Shown: positions 19,701-35,200, numbered from the stretch's first letter. The stretch: DNA of 64,000 nt from Bugula neritina (GCA_964035545.1 OZ037765.1:7636698-7700697), one strand, 5' to 3'. Made by a program: numbers and translations. The notes: generated from the letters alone by a model not told the origin.

Positions 19701-22700
19701 GGACCAGGGGCTTACAACAAAACTGGCCTTGGCCAAGAGAGTATGAAGAAGGCCTACATTGAAAGCACGCGTCGTGGCGTGTTTGGAACCACTTCTGCTA
19801 GAATCAATGCAATGGTTAAGAAAGATGACTATTATCTACCAGGGCCAGCTCATTACACTGTAAAGGAAGCTGGTAAAATAGCTGAGCCTAAGCGAGCACC
19901 TCCTATGGGAGTTTTCTCCTCTTTGACCAACAGAGTGCATGAAGATGTTGAAGCCAAGGTAATCTAGTGAATATTCTAGATTGTTATGATTAAGAGTATG
20001 ACTACAGAAGTTTTCTATTCAACTTTAAGCACACCATCTTTCTAGTGGGAAGATTTCTGTGCACACTTGAGGTAACTGCAACTACATGCAGTCAAAATGC
20101 AGATAAAAATGGCAAATACAAGGATTTTTGCTTATCAATTCTTGCTTCCTTTAAACTAATTCATTTTTATACTCAAATACATTATTCTAATTTTTTTTAA
20201 GAAGTACATATTATGTTCATGGCATGTGATAATCCTTGAAGTTCTGGTATATTCCACAATCTTTTGTTGTTTTGTTCGACCCAAGTATTGTTGAACAGGT
20301 AATCAGAAGCTACCTGTTTACAAGCATATTATAGTGCAATGAGCAATAGATTCCTATTTGGTTTCAACAACAAAAATTGCCGTTTCAAACCTGGACTTTC
20401 CAGGTTGTTTTAAATCTGGCACAGGCTATAACAGCAGTAAATGAAGTACCCTTTGTGTAAATATAATGAATTTTCCTAACTCCGTGTAAAACAAATATGC
20501 ACTCTAGTTGAGCAATACTGTTGATCAAATGACAAATGTTTTCAAGTATCAATAGACTTTAACTTTACTGAAGGATTGGGCACTTGAAACCACTAGCATA
20601 AATCATTGAATTTCTTATGTAGCACTTGAACATTGCCAAGTAAGATAAAACTGCTTAAAATGCTGTTTATGCCAAACCAAGAAATTGATAAAATTCCTGA
20701 AAAATCAGTTCATGGTGTAGCATTGTAACAATAGTTTCCATTGTGAATGCACAGTTATCCGTAACTGAAACACAAAGACTGCATGACTGAAACCAAAAGA
20801 ATTATAGATAGTAATTACAACATGGTAATATGTTTTCTTGACTGAAAGGAAGAATAATTGCAAAACATGACACTATCTTTTTATGGTGTTTGAGAGAGTT
20901 TATACAAACCTACTTGAATATATTATGATAATCTGACCGGTTCAACTTGACTAGTGCAAACTTTTTCAGTTCACCGGATCAACATAATCTGACATCAAAT
21001 CACATTTTGTGTACAGATAATAATTAGCTAGATGAGTGTGTGTTGTGAACTGGATCGGACACAAAACGCTCAACCTCTTGACATATGATGCTTATTTTCT
21101 TTTTCATTGAAAAAAGAACAGCAAATTTAGTTTTGAAGCATGTGTAAATCATGATTTAATCATTTACAAATATTTACTAATTTTATCTCTTTTTTAAATT
21201 TCCTATAATTTGGGAGACATAACCAATATATATATTATGTGCATATATGAAAGATTTCAAAGCAGTTGTCCGTGTCATCAAAAGCCTTCTCAATGATGCA
21301 TATTGTATGTCCCAGAAAATGATCTAGGTGAACAACGTAGTGGATGTTTTTATGTATGTTATGGTAGGGGTATAGTCTAGGCCTATTTGTGTAAACAAGT
21401 ATGTATTTGGCATATTATGTTGACTGTTGAGATTTGAGTGAAGAGGCTTTATAAATGCAGCATTACTCTGCTTATCATTCTATATAGCATCTTCAGCCTG
21501 ACAACCTGCTCTCTCGCCTTATTGACTTTTCTTAGCTTCAGCTCTATTAACAATAACTATAGCCCATTTCTGCATGTATTACTTTTGTATAGAACAGAGG
21601 TGGCAAGGCTATGTAATTAGTATTGCAGTGCATGCATGTAGGTTAAACTATGAAACACTTATCTCTATGTATTCTACAACCACTACTCTACTAGTATGTT
21701 TAAACATTCACCTGTTACCTTCTCAACATGTCTCAAGTATTTAGCCAATAGCTGAAGGAGATTTGTCTTCTCTCTGTTTCTCTATACATTTTAAGCCTTT
21801 GCACAATGTTAGCTTATAGTATATCTGTATCCTGCAATGACTGAAGTAGAATAGAATGTCTGGCATTGACCTTCTGTTTCTGCCAGTGTGTCTGCGAGGA
21901 TAAATAGATGGTATTCACAGCTATTGTTAACAAAGTCTGTACACATGTGGCACTGCTAATTACCCTTTGTATGACACTTGATTAGGAAATTTTATTTGAC
22001 AATTTTGCATAGATTTAGCAACTGTTGCAGCATAATCGTAGTTTCACATGCAAACACCAGTGCATTGAATAACTGAGCTTAGATTCTGCATAACATTCTA
22101 AATATACTGGCCACTGCATCTCTTCAGTCCAGTGCAAACATTTGACCAACATTTACAGTGATTACATTCAGGATATGACATATGCTTTACCTATGAGTCT
22201 TAGTGTAATATTGGTGAAATAAACATAATAGGGTGTAATATAATAAAATATAAAACATTCTTACATACCAACACCTTAGACTATCTGACTATCATTACAT
22301 TATAATAACATATTGATGCTTTATGTTTTAGGCCATTCCTCCACCTGGCTCCTATGATGTTCACGCATCATATGCTCAGTCTCAGCTAAAGAAGGAACCA
22401 GCACCTCCCCGCAATGAAGCAGCTGCCAAAAGGAAAGAAGCTTTTACCACTTCCTCATCCAGGTTTGCTCCTCCGAGAGATGTACATATCAAGAAAGCAG
22501 ATGCAGTTAACCCTGGTATGTATCGCTTACTCTATCTTCTCCTAGAAATTTACTTTTTCACATATATAGCATCGAACATCAAGGAAAACTTTTCTTGTGT
22601 AATAATTTTATATTGAAACATTTTCCACTAAAATGGCTTTGTAAATTGGACAAAAAGCACTGTGATTTTGAATTAAATGTTTTAATTAATTCATTTAATC

Positions 22701-25700
22701 ACATGTATTTTTACTGCAAGGCTGAAGCTATTATTCGTTTTGTGTCATTTGGCTTTTTAATCCTCCAAAGTCATTTCTATAAGTTTATAAAAAACATTAC
22801 ATGGTTAGTATGAAACTGGCTGAAGTAGGCTCAGTAAGTTGAGCTGATAAACCAACGAAGTCGTAGATTGCTGGCTGGGAAAGCAGAGCAGACCAGGTGT
22901 TTCACTCCATATTTTATTCAAATTTTTCAAAAACACGTGGATGATCAACATTAATAATCTCAGCTAATCCTTATACTGCGTTTTACTAAACCAAGATTAT
23001 CAGCAGAGCCCTGGTTTGTATTCTAAAAAATATTACCTGCACATCAAATCATATTACCACAGCTTCTACAATGCGTGTTTGCTGCTATAATATTTCTATT
23101 CTTTAAATTGAACTTTACTTATGGGCCGTAGTAAAAATTTAAAGATAGTATTTAATGTGCTTCTACCCATCTATATTTAACTTTAAATTAGTTGTAATAA
23201 GATTAATATGTGCATTAATGTGATTTAACTTGAATTCCTAAACACAAACCCTAAAAATCTATCATATGATTATATTGTTACGCCACACTGGCATGCTATA
23301 TAGGAGCCTAAAGTTTTCTGCTTGTCCATCACTAATTAAAAGGCCATGAAAGTGTTATCTACATTTTACAAGGTGTAGCATAACGCTTTTGAGGTAGGCA
23401 TGTGTCATACCTATCCATGTCATTATTTAAAAGAAAATATCAGATATCTGTAATGAATACTACACATTCATTTTATCATTCGGTTATAAAATGTGATTTA
23501 GCAGCGTTTGTTTCTCAGGTAATTGGCAGGCGTAGCTGTTTTGCGTCTGCTGTAAACGTATCTCGCTCCCAGTCGATTATTTTTGAAAAATGTTTAGCAA
23601 CGTGAGATGACTGTTTATAAAACAAAGTTACTGTCACTAGTGGGTCGGTGCTCTATGCAAGGTGCTTTACAGGTGCTCTAGGTAATCCTGTCTGCTGTAC
23701 AAGAGGTATAAGTCCTGGTAAATCTATGTGTGGCAGGGAATTAGAAGCTGGCTGCTGGAGCCAGCAGCCTTAGTATCTTAATTGTAAACTCTGAGAAGCA
23801 CATCCAATAGTATGATTGTGAACTTTAGGGCTGCTTTAAACTTGGGCTATTTTATGAAGTGCTCGCTTATAATTTATACTGCAATACGTAGCAAAAAGAT
23901 AACTAAATGTTTGAATGGGTTTTTATGATGAACTATATAAACATGAATATGGGATTAAGTGAAGAGTATTGTAAATAGTTTGATGGGCTGGTACAAGGTA
24001 TTTATTGAGAGCTAAATACTTAGTCATTATACGAGCTTTTGTTGGTTGGTTGTTCTAGTACGAATAATTTGCCTTTTATTCCGCAGTCCAAGCCCCCCTC
24101 TATCTGTCTCTATAATTAGAAAGAATTTAGACATGCATATTGACATGGGTTTTCACATCAATCGTTGAAATTAAGGAATATTTGCAAATTCATAAAAAGG
24201 CTGTGCAAGTTTAATAACTGATAAAGCAATAAAAAACAGCTTCAATGGAGAATTGGAATTCGAATAAAATCCCAAAATCTCAAAATTTGTGTTTTATATT
24301 TCAAAATTTTTCCTTAAATTTGAACATTTTGTAGTATCTGCAGTTAGTTCGATAAAAGCTGATAAAGACATTATGCTTTCTACTTGAACTTTATACAAAG
24401 ATGAAAAGCCATTGAAAGGCCCAGGAGACAACATTTTTTAGACAGAAAAATCATTACTTTCTCCTTAAATCTCTGTAATTACAACAAACTTCTATTGCAA
24501 AAATTCTGTCTATGCGCTTATAGGGCTGACTTTGAAATCTCAGCCCATGCTGTTTTTTCACTACTCAATGAATGGTGGTTTGACTGATTGAGATGCGACA
24601 GTCTTTTATCTATCAAGAAGAGTGCAATTTAGCAATAATAAACAAGTATTTCATGCTATTGTCCCATAGAGACTAATTACTAAATATCAAAGGATTTAAA
24701 CATGCAGTGGTATATGTTGACTAATTGTAGTCATAGCCACTGAACTATCTTTTTATCTGTAATAATATTTAGAATTGGCTAAACCAATCTTGTTAGTTTG
24801 TATATATTAGGGCTGTGCCTGATGAATATAAGAACTTAAGTAGCCAGATCACTCAAGTCTGCATGACATATAAGATTATTAGAGTCAACTTAGCCACACT
24901 GGCAGACTTGACTTTGTCTATTGTTGAAGAGTTCCTCAAGCACTTGAAGGCAGTTGAAAAAGTTAAAGCAATTGACTGAAATTATCACATTTGGTTTTGC
25001 CACATTGCCTGAGCCATTTAGTGTAAATAGCGTTGTTATCAGCCTTGCTGCAGTCTGCTATTGGTGTATTCTTACTCATACATCTTGCCTGAATGTCATT
25101 GTTTTAAAATGTTTCTATATCAGATTTAACTTGACTCCATCATCTTAATTCGTACACCCATATATCAATTTCAGAAAAAATCAACTATTTCCATATAGAT
25201 AAAAGTATGGTGTATTCGTTCAACATTGTTGAAGTATTTAATTTCTCTAAGTTATCATTAAACTAACTCCTATTTCCAAATTTTCATTGAATAATGCAAT
25301 AAGCGTTTGCTTATAGAACCAATTACAAAACAAACTTTATCTGTTTGACTTGCAATATTTTGACTCAACATCATTTTCCTGTTTGAAAAGCCATATTAAC
25401 TTTTTGAAAAAAGTGTCAAATGAGCTAGCTGACTACCTGTAACCTGCCTTTACTCTTATAAACATTACGACAAATTATAACGAAATACCCACTATTCTAA
25501 GCTGTGGCTCAGAGTGAGTTATATATATAATATGTTCCGATGGTAGATCACCTGAGCTAGTTTTAATAGTTTTGTTCTAACAATTTTACTTCGTTGCAGG
25601 ACCAGCTGCGTATGATCCAAAGGTGACCGCCATCCAGAATAAGGGCGGAAAGATAGTACATAAAGAAACTCGCTTTAAGGACCTTTCCAAAGAAGAGGTT

Positions 25701-26572
25701 CCTGGTCCAGGAACTTACGAGGTAAACTTGTTTTTAATGTCTGCAAATCACAATTTTGAAACTTCAACTTGAGGTATTTCCTGTTTATTAAAAATTAAAG
25801 CCATGCGATGAAATCACACTAATTATAATTTCTCTCATTATGTGGAACATAATCATTAAAACCATAAATTCTCTCAGAGATTTTACTATAAAGCTAACGG
25901 TTATTAAACATAATTGTTAAAGAAACTATTGTTTTATGTGGTTACATGATTATTAATTTATGACAAACAATTATTTGCAATTAATCAGGTTTATAACATT
26001 TGTGGGTCAAATCGTTTGATACATGTTTTGGTCACATGACCTGCCAAGAAACTTTTTTTAAGTTTATCTATTTATTCATTAGATATGTAAAAAAACTTAT
26101 TTAACAGCTTTGTGATATGAATCAATAAAATATGTGTACCTGGTCAATTTTCTAAAGTGAAAGTAATATCATAGCAGCTGACATTTCAAAACATGTCAAC
26201 TTGCACCACATGCACGAATTATTTCGTGTTGGCTCAAACCTATTTGTTAGGAAAGTAGCACAACAATTTTATATTAATAGCTTATCTTTTGACTATCTGC
26301 TCTACTTTCTAATACTTGTTTTTCAAGTTGCAAGTTATTTGAGATGCTAGTTTTAAGGCATTTTGATTTTCTAAAATTGTTTGCAAATTTGGTTGAGAAT
26401 TTTCCTTTCAAAATAATTAAATTTCATTTGGTGTGTATTTTAGTATTCTCCCCTTATTCAAGACACAGTGCTCAAAGGGACATTTAATGCCACCCTCAAC
26501 AATCCCATCACCCATAGAATGCAAGGCAATCAACCATTAAAGGGGCAACAAGCTATTTTATTAGGAATTTAA
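16752..26572 (+). CDS. STPG2: Sperm-tail PG-rich repeat-containing protein 2 (SHIPPO-repeat ciliary/flagellar protein), about 575 aa
   Basis: Exons 16752-16869, 17016-17137, 17370-17504, 17903-18058, 18367-18597, 18914-19187, 19702-19958, 22332-22515, 25600-25721, 26444-26572; all GT-AG and phase consistent. Repeated PGPGxY motifs and STPG2 hallmarks MSVYDRA..R, GYAPFSSMTSR, PSIPTPGQAYGFEENEDG, YKGVHW, VLKGTFNATL. Confidence 0.92.
17730..17860. mobile_element. 131-bp hairpin MITE (Mutator-like) in STPG2 intron 3
   Basis: 59-bp GC-rich TIRs gggtgtgactaaaatgg...ccattttagtca with 2 mismatches, 13-nt spacer, flanked by near-identical 9-mers ttaaatatt / ttatatatt. Confidence 0.8.
18687..18886 (+). 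mobile_element. tRNA-derived SINE copy in STPG2 intron 5
   Basis: Head tagtctaggggttagagtgc...gtcatgggtttgagctcc (A/B boxes), body ggtgatgttaggaagagcacccagtcataattgctc, tail gactataaacttgtgtga; aligns with the reverse complement of 45662-45840. Confidence 0.7.
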
Positions 26573-28729
26573 ATAAAATTCTACTAATAATATTATTTAT
26601 ATTGATTACCTTACTACAAATAGCTAGTTTACGTTATTGAATGATCAGAGTTTTTCAAAGTTATAAATATAAGATTATTCTGAAGTCTGAAACCGAATCT
26701 TAATAACGTACTGCAGTATTTTTCATACTAATTGTGTAATTTTAATACAAGTTTACATAAGTGTTGTTTCCTTATATGGTCAGAAAATTTCAATGGCTGC
26801 AATGAATTAGTTGAGGAATAAGTTATTAGTATTTGTGATTTTTATATAAACAAGCGAAAATATTTATTAAAAATGTAAAAACTAAAGTTTATGAATAGTA
26901 CATAATTATATACAACACGACGCAGGTAGTCTGGTATTGCAGACGCACACCATGCAGACGTGAGGCACCATAAGCGTACTGTGACACTAACTCATTACCA
27001 TAAATGTGTTCTGCTTCATCTTTGTTCTGTGTGAGTGTTTTCTTTCAATGATGGTACATAATTTATGACTTTATGACCCACTGCTCATATTACCAACCCT
27101 TTTATATTTATACAATAAAATCTGGAACATTTATAGTGTTGATCACTAGTGGAGAGGTAACAAGTTGACAAGATTGCATCTTTAGTAATGTATCAAGTTC
27201 TGATATCAGATGCCTTAATATTTCTCCTTCACATACATGATCTCTTCTCAAACAGTCAGTAGTAACTAGTGGCTGTATTGCAAAAGGTCTGCTTATACAT
27301 CATTTATATGATTTGAAAATTAAAACTCCAACAACTAGTATGATTCCCACCAGTTAGTTCCAAATCAGTCAAGAGTTCTACAGCAATTGGAGCAATAATT
27401 TTGATTTGCAAAATACATTTTTTGCTAATTTAATTCCTATATTTTTTTCTGCAGACAGCTTGCTTTTTTAACTAATTAGAAACTCTGTACCCGATTTTTT
27501 GCAGATTACTGTCTTAAGACTCGGATTAAATGCGCTGCAGCCTTTGCTGATAATAAACATAACTTTGTTTATCTGAAACTGTTCTCTCAGATGGTTATTT
27601 ATTAGATTAAATCCATATTTTAATTGCTTTTATTAGCACCATTCAAGCAGTGGTGTGTAGACTATATAATACTATGCTCATAGGTGACCATCTCTTGATT
27701 AAAGAAAATTTCAAGCTCATTGGTGATGTTACCTGCACTAAGAGACAATTATATCCAACAGTTTACATCATCAACATCAAATATAAACTGTATGAAAATA
27801 TTGTTACTTATTTAGTTCTGTTTTCCTGTTGCAATTGAAGAATTATTATAGTTCCGATCAAACCTTTAGTTATAAGTCAAGACAATAAGCGTAGTATTTT
27901 TATTTTAGAATCGTAATAAAATACATAATTTTATTGGCTGTAGTATAAAATAACATTAAATACTTATCATCGACTGCGATACTTGAATCCAATACCTCTC
28001 AAGAATGTCTTTTCTAATAATGATTCAGACTTTAGAGTCATTCAAATGTTGGCTCTGCAATTGCAGTACTTGTCTGCGTGTCTACCTTTACAAGTAGTAC
28101 ACAGAAATTGTCTATACAACCGATATAAAGCTAAGTGTTCTTGAACTTCTGACAGTAAATACTCAAGCACAATATTTTTGAATTATTTATACAATTAATT
28201 GTAAAATCAAACCTACGCTGTTGACCAAAGGATATGTGTTTATATAATATAGATTAAGTTATTGGATAGATAAGGGGATCAAAGGCGAAATATTTCATTA
28301 AATTTCATATATCATAACCATACTTGTTTAGAGGTTTTCATATTCATGATTAGCATCAATTGAAAATTTTTTCAATTAAAGCTTATTTATATTGTTTTTA
28401 ATCATTAAACCCAAAGATGAGTGTGAAAAATTGTTTTAATTCATGTTATAAGAATTGTGTAAATAGAACGTCTGGGTATGGGGTTACTATTACTAGCAAT
28501 AACACTCTCTTGCAAAGACTTTTAGATTTTTCAAATCCCATATCACTACTTTGTTGTTAATTAAATTGTACTGAAATTTAAAAGCTCTATGCTGAAGTAC
28601 AGTCCTTAATGCTGATACAAATTAAGGTAACACGTTCTTGTATTGTGTGGAGGTAATAAAATAAAACTGTCATGTAGGTGCAAGGAGTACATCAGCATAT
28701 AATCTGGTTTGTCTCGTCTGCTTCCAGTC

Positions 28730-28965
28730 ATCAGCCAATCGTCAAGTGGAGTAGAGGAGACTGCAGTCCCATTTCATTTTATCTACGTTACGCTCAGTCG
28801 AGGGTAATTGCCACGGATGAATACATATACTCTAATCTCAACAAAAATATAATACTGTTATCAGTATTTTATTGCTAAGCCGGGCTTAGTATGCTGAAGA
28901 GGTTTATTGGCCAATAATAGGGGATAATTAACAATATTGACTTCTTACCTGCCAACTGATTGGCT
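28730..28965 (+). promoter_or_regulatory. CCAAT-box cluster, putative distal unc5 promoter
   Basis: agccaatc 28733-28740, palindromic tattggccaata 28905-28916, gattggct 28958-28965, upstream of the candidate first exon. Confidence 0.35.
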
Positions 28966-29215
28966 GGATGAGCAGCAGTATCACATGGCACTGTTATTGT
29001 AGCAAACCATCCGTTTTGCCTTTTCAAATTTTGTTCGCATTTAGTTGGTGCTTAAGTAGCAGGTAGTATTGTTTTACAGTGACATATCTGAGACATACAA
29101 GTCTGTAACAAAATATCTTGTGATGTCTATTTTCATTTATACTGGACTATCACACATAGTTTAAAGTTAAAGGTTTTAGAAAACAATCTTCTTTACAAGC
29201 GTAGGTTTAGAAGAC

Positions 29216-29294
29216 ATGGAGTATCTCTCTTTCACCATATTGACAGCACTTGTTTTGTCGAACACTTACAGAGTAGCTGGTGGCAGATCTAAAG
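29216..29294 (+). CDS. unc5: Probable alternative first coding exon (signal peptide) of unc5
   Basis: gacATGG context; MEYLSFTILTALVLSNTYRVAGGRSK then G|gttggt phase-1 donor, the same phase as the unc5 exon-2 acceptor at 41119; CCAAT boxes 250-480 bp upstream. Confidence 0.5.
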
Positions 29295-32200
29295 GTTGGT
29301 AGAAAAACAATGTATAATATTATTATGCACTAATCTAATTTAATTACTCTATAACTTTACAACCTGACTGAAGCCCATGATGTATAGTTTTGGAACATGT
29401 ATTCAATCCTGCCCTATTTTGTTAGAGGCATTTCTGAGTTATTTTGAAGCAAATATTTTATTCTACGCAAATACTTTGCTATTTATCAAGTCTGCAAGCA
29501 AGCAGTAACACAATGGGGTGGCCAATAGATGTTCAGATTTATTATGGGTTAATAAAAACATTTTCAATGTTGTTGTACTATGAGAAAACTTATGTTAACA
29601 CTATTTTAGTATGAGTGAAAATGTTTTCATATGTGTATAATAGAACATAATATAATTTAATATAATTATAACATTATACAGTGTAGTATTATATAATTGT
29701 AGTATAATACAACATAGTACAATACAATATAATATAACATAAACTGTTAGTCCATAATGCATTGTCTTGGGCCAGGCAATTTATCTGGCTCCATTGGAAT
29801 CTTCAATTCATGTCACTGTTCCAGTCTTTAAGTTTTGCAGCTGGTCATTAATTAATATTAAATAATAGTGAAGGCCATGTTATGTCTTGCAACAATTGAA
29901 TACTCTCAGACTTGCAGCTGCATAGTAGTTGGATTACATCATGTGGAGAAGTATGAGAAGTTTATAGAGGTAGTCCCACAATGCTGATCACCCCCAATTA
30001 TCTCAAGTACATTCAGCATTCAATAACAAGAAATTATTGTATATGCTGGTTCAACAAATGTAATTAGTTGATAATTTATGTCATATAAAATACCAATGTC
30101 ATGGCAGTCTGCATAGCTTAGAGGAAAAGCTGTTGACTTCCATTGACTTTCTAGTCTAGAATCAAACCCGCATAGATTCTGCTTTATCAGCCTTGAACCT
30201 TGGTGACAAAACAACAGTTTATGTGTCCGTGTAGATTGTAGGTTAGTGACCATGTTGTTTCACATTTGACAGCATAATGAGAAGAGAGATTAGCTCATCC
30301 TTGGCTATAATCTGGGTGTGGGACTGCATGTAAACAGTAATAGTCCTGATAATCATTCAGTATTCTCCTTCATGGAACACCGCAGACCACTGAGCTGTGG
30401 GCTATGGCTATAGCTATAGGTCCGAAATCTCAATTTATCACATAGCAAAATACCCAACTTAAATTCAGCCATTTTTTCTCCATACACACATGCCTTTAAG
30501 TCACAAAACAGGAGTACAAGCCCTTATCGTGCCTTATGGATTTTCGTGAGAACTTACCGTGAAAAACAGAGGGAGCACCGCACTTTGTAGTTTTTCAAGC
30601 AGTTCCTGCATATTATAAGCCATTTTTACTAGTTGCATGCTAGCAATATTCAAGGAATAGCTTTGCTTGTTTATTGAATGTTTTTGTTAAACACACTAAC
30701 AGATTAGGAAGATGAAAAGTGCATCATGTTTAGGGCGTACAGGATTATTAGATCTGGCATTGCACTCACTCATGCAGATGGTTGCTTGATGCCATATTTC
30801 TGTTCCTCTGTTTATATCTCATTCGACTTAATAAAGGTTGTGATCAAAGATAGCATATTATATAGCATTTCATACTATCTGCATTGAGCAAATACCTCTT
30901 GACTTATCAGCATTTTAATCCTTTACCGTTTCCACCCAGCGTTATTTTTACAGTGAAATAATCTTCATTTCATTTCTTGATATACTTTAGTCTTTAGTCT
31001 TTTGTCTTACCCAGTTTATTGAAACAGACTAGCACAGGTCACATAGTAGTAAGGCAATGGGTAAAGCACAGCTGTACCATGATATATACCCTGCCATCTA
31101 CACACAAACAGTCCGATCGTAAATAGACTCATATCATGATATAATGAAAATACCCAACTTGAAACTTTATCTATTATCTATAGCAAATTAAAATGTTCTC
31201 TATATATAGCTATATTTACTCAGTCCTAGCTATTTTAATTTTACTATTAAAGTTTTCCAATAGGTGATAGTTAATCTATAAAACAGAAAAGCTCAAAACT
31301 ATCAGGCTTGGTTTTTAGTAAACGTGCATTGCACTGCTAGGAGAGCAAATGTATGTTTTTGGTTTCTAATTTTTTAATATTGAGGCTGGCATTTGAATTT
31401 AGTTCATCTCATGAACAGAAAAGTTCTCATGCCACAAACATTTATAGAGACTGAAACAGTTTGAAAAATATTAAGCCTGCACTTATCTCAGATGATAAGC
31501 ATTAAGTGAAGAAACAGATTATAACTTTTTACTAATTTAATTGAATTTCAAATTTATCTGACATTGTACTGTATAAAACTCATATAGAAAAACAATCGTG
31601 AGAAAGTTTAATTTTGTTCATAAAGTTCGCAATTCAAATTCTTCTTTGGTCTCACACAATTACACACTACGTTGACTGCCTAACTAGCCATGCAATAGTT
31701 GGTATCAGAATACAGAATAGGGTTTATTGTATCGTTGACATGTAAACTACTGAAATAGTATTTTGTAGAATGATATGCAGTAAATAATTACTAGTACACC
31801 ATATTATAGTGTAAGTCAGGGCTTAGAAGTAAATACACAGTCTACTCTTACAACCGAGATTCAGTGATCTTACCACAACAACATAAGCTTAAGCCACAGG
31901 ACTAGAAATTCTAGTTGAGCACAATAATGACAAGCCAATGTTTAGTCATTCAATAGTCAAATTACCTAAACACTGGTCGATGCAATTAGGTTAACAACAT
32001 TAATTCTGAGGTTAAGGTACTCACTGGTCTATAAACAGTGTAAATATACACTTATTGCTTTGAATCCTCTATGCTACATATTATATACTCTAAATATCTG
32101 CTTTTGTAATGCCTTGTTAATTACTCTTTCGTCAAAATGTTTGTAAAAAATGTGTGTACTTGTTGCATAGACCTACTGAGTGCTGTTTATAGGGTCTGCA

Positions 32201-35200
32201 GGTTAAAACAGGCATAGTTTATAGCAGACAATTTAGTCTGTATACGGAAAGACAACATTGTTTTGTTTGCTGTGATGTTCTTACAACTATTTTAAAGCAT
32301 AATTATCGTAAAAGTTCAGTTCTTTTCTCTACTAAACTGTTTTGTTTATATGTTTTGGCAGCTGTACGGCAGCCTCTATCAGGAGTCATTATAATATGTC
32401 TATGTTGGTGTAACTGAACAAAGGCTGTAAATACAGCTGTGTCATATATGAGTATAGGGTTACCAACCTGCACTATATCTAGTATAACTGGCTGAACTGG
32501 CAGGAATTTGATAATTGGCCAAGAGTAGCAAATACAATGCAACAACGTAGACTGTGTAGAAGCTAAAGAGTGAGCAGAGAATGTTGTAAATCGTAATAAA
32601 CCTGTCAAGTGTCCATATCTGTACCATAACATACAAAACAGCTTATTCATATATATGTTATATAATTATAATAGATTACATCTTAACATTTTATCTGAAG
32701 ATTGTGTATATATAATGCACATGAATAAACTAATAGTAATGAAGTGTTTTAAATCAAATTTTATCATAAAATATTTTTTTCACTTTGCTCTGCACTGCAT
32801 TGAGCTCTTTTTAGTAGTATATATGGTTCTATAAAAGTGGTTTACTTACTCATAAACAAACCAATTTGTAATCAAAGCAAATAATAATTAAAGTAGAACA
32901 TTTTCAGGAAAAAACCTTCAATAATTCTATTTCAGTATATAATGCAGAAGTGTGTAACTTGACTCATCATACAATAATTTTCTCATCCCCTACAAACATG
33001 CCTTTCTTGTTATAAAAATAAAAAATCTGGTCTCTACATTTTGTCCTCTAAATTCCTGGAATAAAGTGAAATTCAATTTGTAACATGACATTACCTTATA
33101 TTATATCATAAAATTAAAAAGCTCAACACTGTATAATAGTGTAGTCTACTGTTTGTTTGACTGTATGGATTTAACTGGTATGGGACTAGCAACTGGTATG
33201 GGACAGTTTCTGCTATGGTAATAATATTGATGACTTTATACTCAAGTATCTTCAAAGGGCTCTTTGAGTGTTGAATTTTGTTGTCTCATGTAGCTGATTG
33301 CTGGTCACTGTACATCATTCACTGAATTCAAAACCAATCCGATTTTAGACTTCAATAAATGGTTTTATTAGTGCATACTTTCAAGAGGAGCGTCTAACAA
33401 TTGAGTTAATAGAAGTGGTAGAGTATAGCCGGTTGGTCTACACAACCTAGCTCCACTGGCTAGTCAACGCCAGTATCTTAGTATATCAAAGAGCTATAAT
33501 AAAAAATTAATATGATATTTGTTTATCAGCTTCCATCTAGTTTGATTTTTCGCCTGACTGATTTAAACACATAATTACCTCCTATATATGAAGCCTGGCT
33601 CCTAAAAGTTGAGTCATATCATGATGGTGTTGTTGGTTTTCTAAACTTCCATGTTTTTCGTCACGCCAACAGTTTTAGGTTAAATTACATCGTCATACAC
33701 TGCATTGCAGTGCTATATGTTTGTTAGGACACGATATTCAACAACTACAGGTAGTAGATATAGCTTAACTACCTGCTTTTTAATCTGAAAATGTCTGCAA
33801 CTGCAGCAGAAAACAAAAGTAGCATTTTTTCACCTTCGTTTTATTTGATTTGGTTACAAATGCTTAAAATTAATTGCTAGTAACACTTTTGCAATGCTCA
33901 TTCACACATTTCATAATCTAATGGTTTCAGTTTATAAATTCCTGAACTGCACACCTAACTATAATATTATAGTAGCTACAAATAAATAGCTTCTGTGAGC
34001 ATGTGCAAGCTCCCGAGTTATAAGCTCGGGCTTTGATTTTTATTCGGTTGTTATCATAATTTATTTAGTGTTATATATGCTCTGTGGTCACGGATGCAGG
34101 ACATTATGGGCCTAATCGGAAAATGTCACACCTACTCTCCTTAGATTCAAGATTTTAAAAAGATCCCTTCTCTTTTTATATATAATTTCTTATATATAGT
34201 TGTATTATGAGATAAACCTTCTGTGCTGGTGGCCATATTATATAATCAGTCATGAATATTTGAATTGCTATATTTTTGCTGTTGTTAATATTCACTTATT
34301 TTATAGAAAAATCCTTTTATCTAATTTATTCAAAATTGTTAAAAGATGTAATTCTTTTCGGCGTTATTACACTTTATCTGGTATTTTTATGAAAAGTTCA
34401 CACTTGTAAACGGTTTTAAAATACCAATTATACTAGTTTTTCTAAATTGGAATTTCCTGCACTTTGCCAATAGTATATTATAGTTTCTCCCAGTATAGAA
34501 ATCCTAGCTTTCATCTGCTGATCTTCAACTTTTTATAGGCTCATCATCGGGTCCATCATTTTATTTATTGCTGCAGTTATTCTATACTAAAAAGTTTAAA
34601 AAGTAACATTTCTGTTTAAGCTTATTTCACTATAAATTCTTATCTATATTAATGGTAGTAGTCTTTAGTCTTCGAATCACTTGTTATTTGAAGTTAAAAA
34701 TTTGGTACAATTGTTGACAGTTAAGCACTTTTTTCTAATTACTGAAAAATACCATGTTATATATATTGAGATTCAGAATTATTTAACTGTATATTTTTGG
34801 TATGCACATGCTACATTCAAGAATTGTTTATCTTTATTAAATTACTTGTCACTTATAGTTTTGGATTAAAGTGATAAACATTTAGTTAGGCTGTCGCTCT
34901 AACGTATTTCTACAAGTGGGAATCTTTTTAATGGGGAGATAACTTCTCATATAATGAAGAGCAGTTAATATTTGTTCTTTCACACAGAGATCTGCCTTAA
35001 ACTGAAGTTTCTTTATTTATTAACATTCACATGACAAAGAAATGAAGCATATTTTCAATTTTTGCAATTTTATACTTTGAACTGCATGTGCAGAAAAATG
35101 TCTAGTTTTAATCATTCTGTTTAAAATTAGTAAATAGTACTTGGCATTATCAATAATTATTGTTGAATTTGTGATATATACGATAATGAACAGTTAACTT

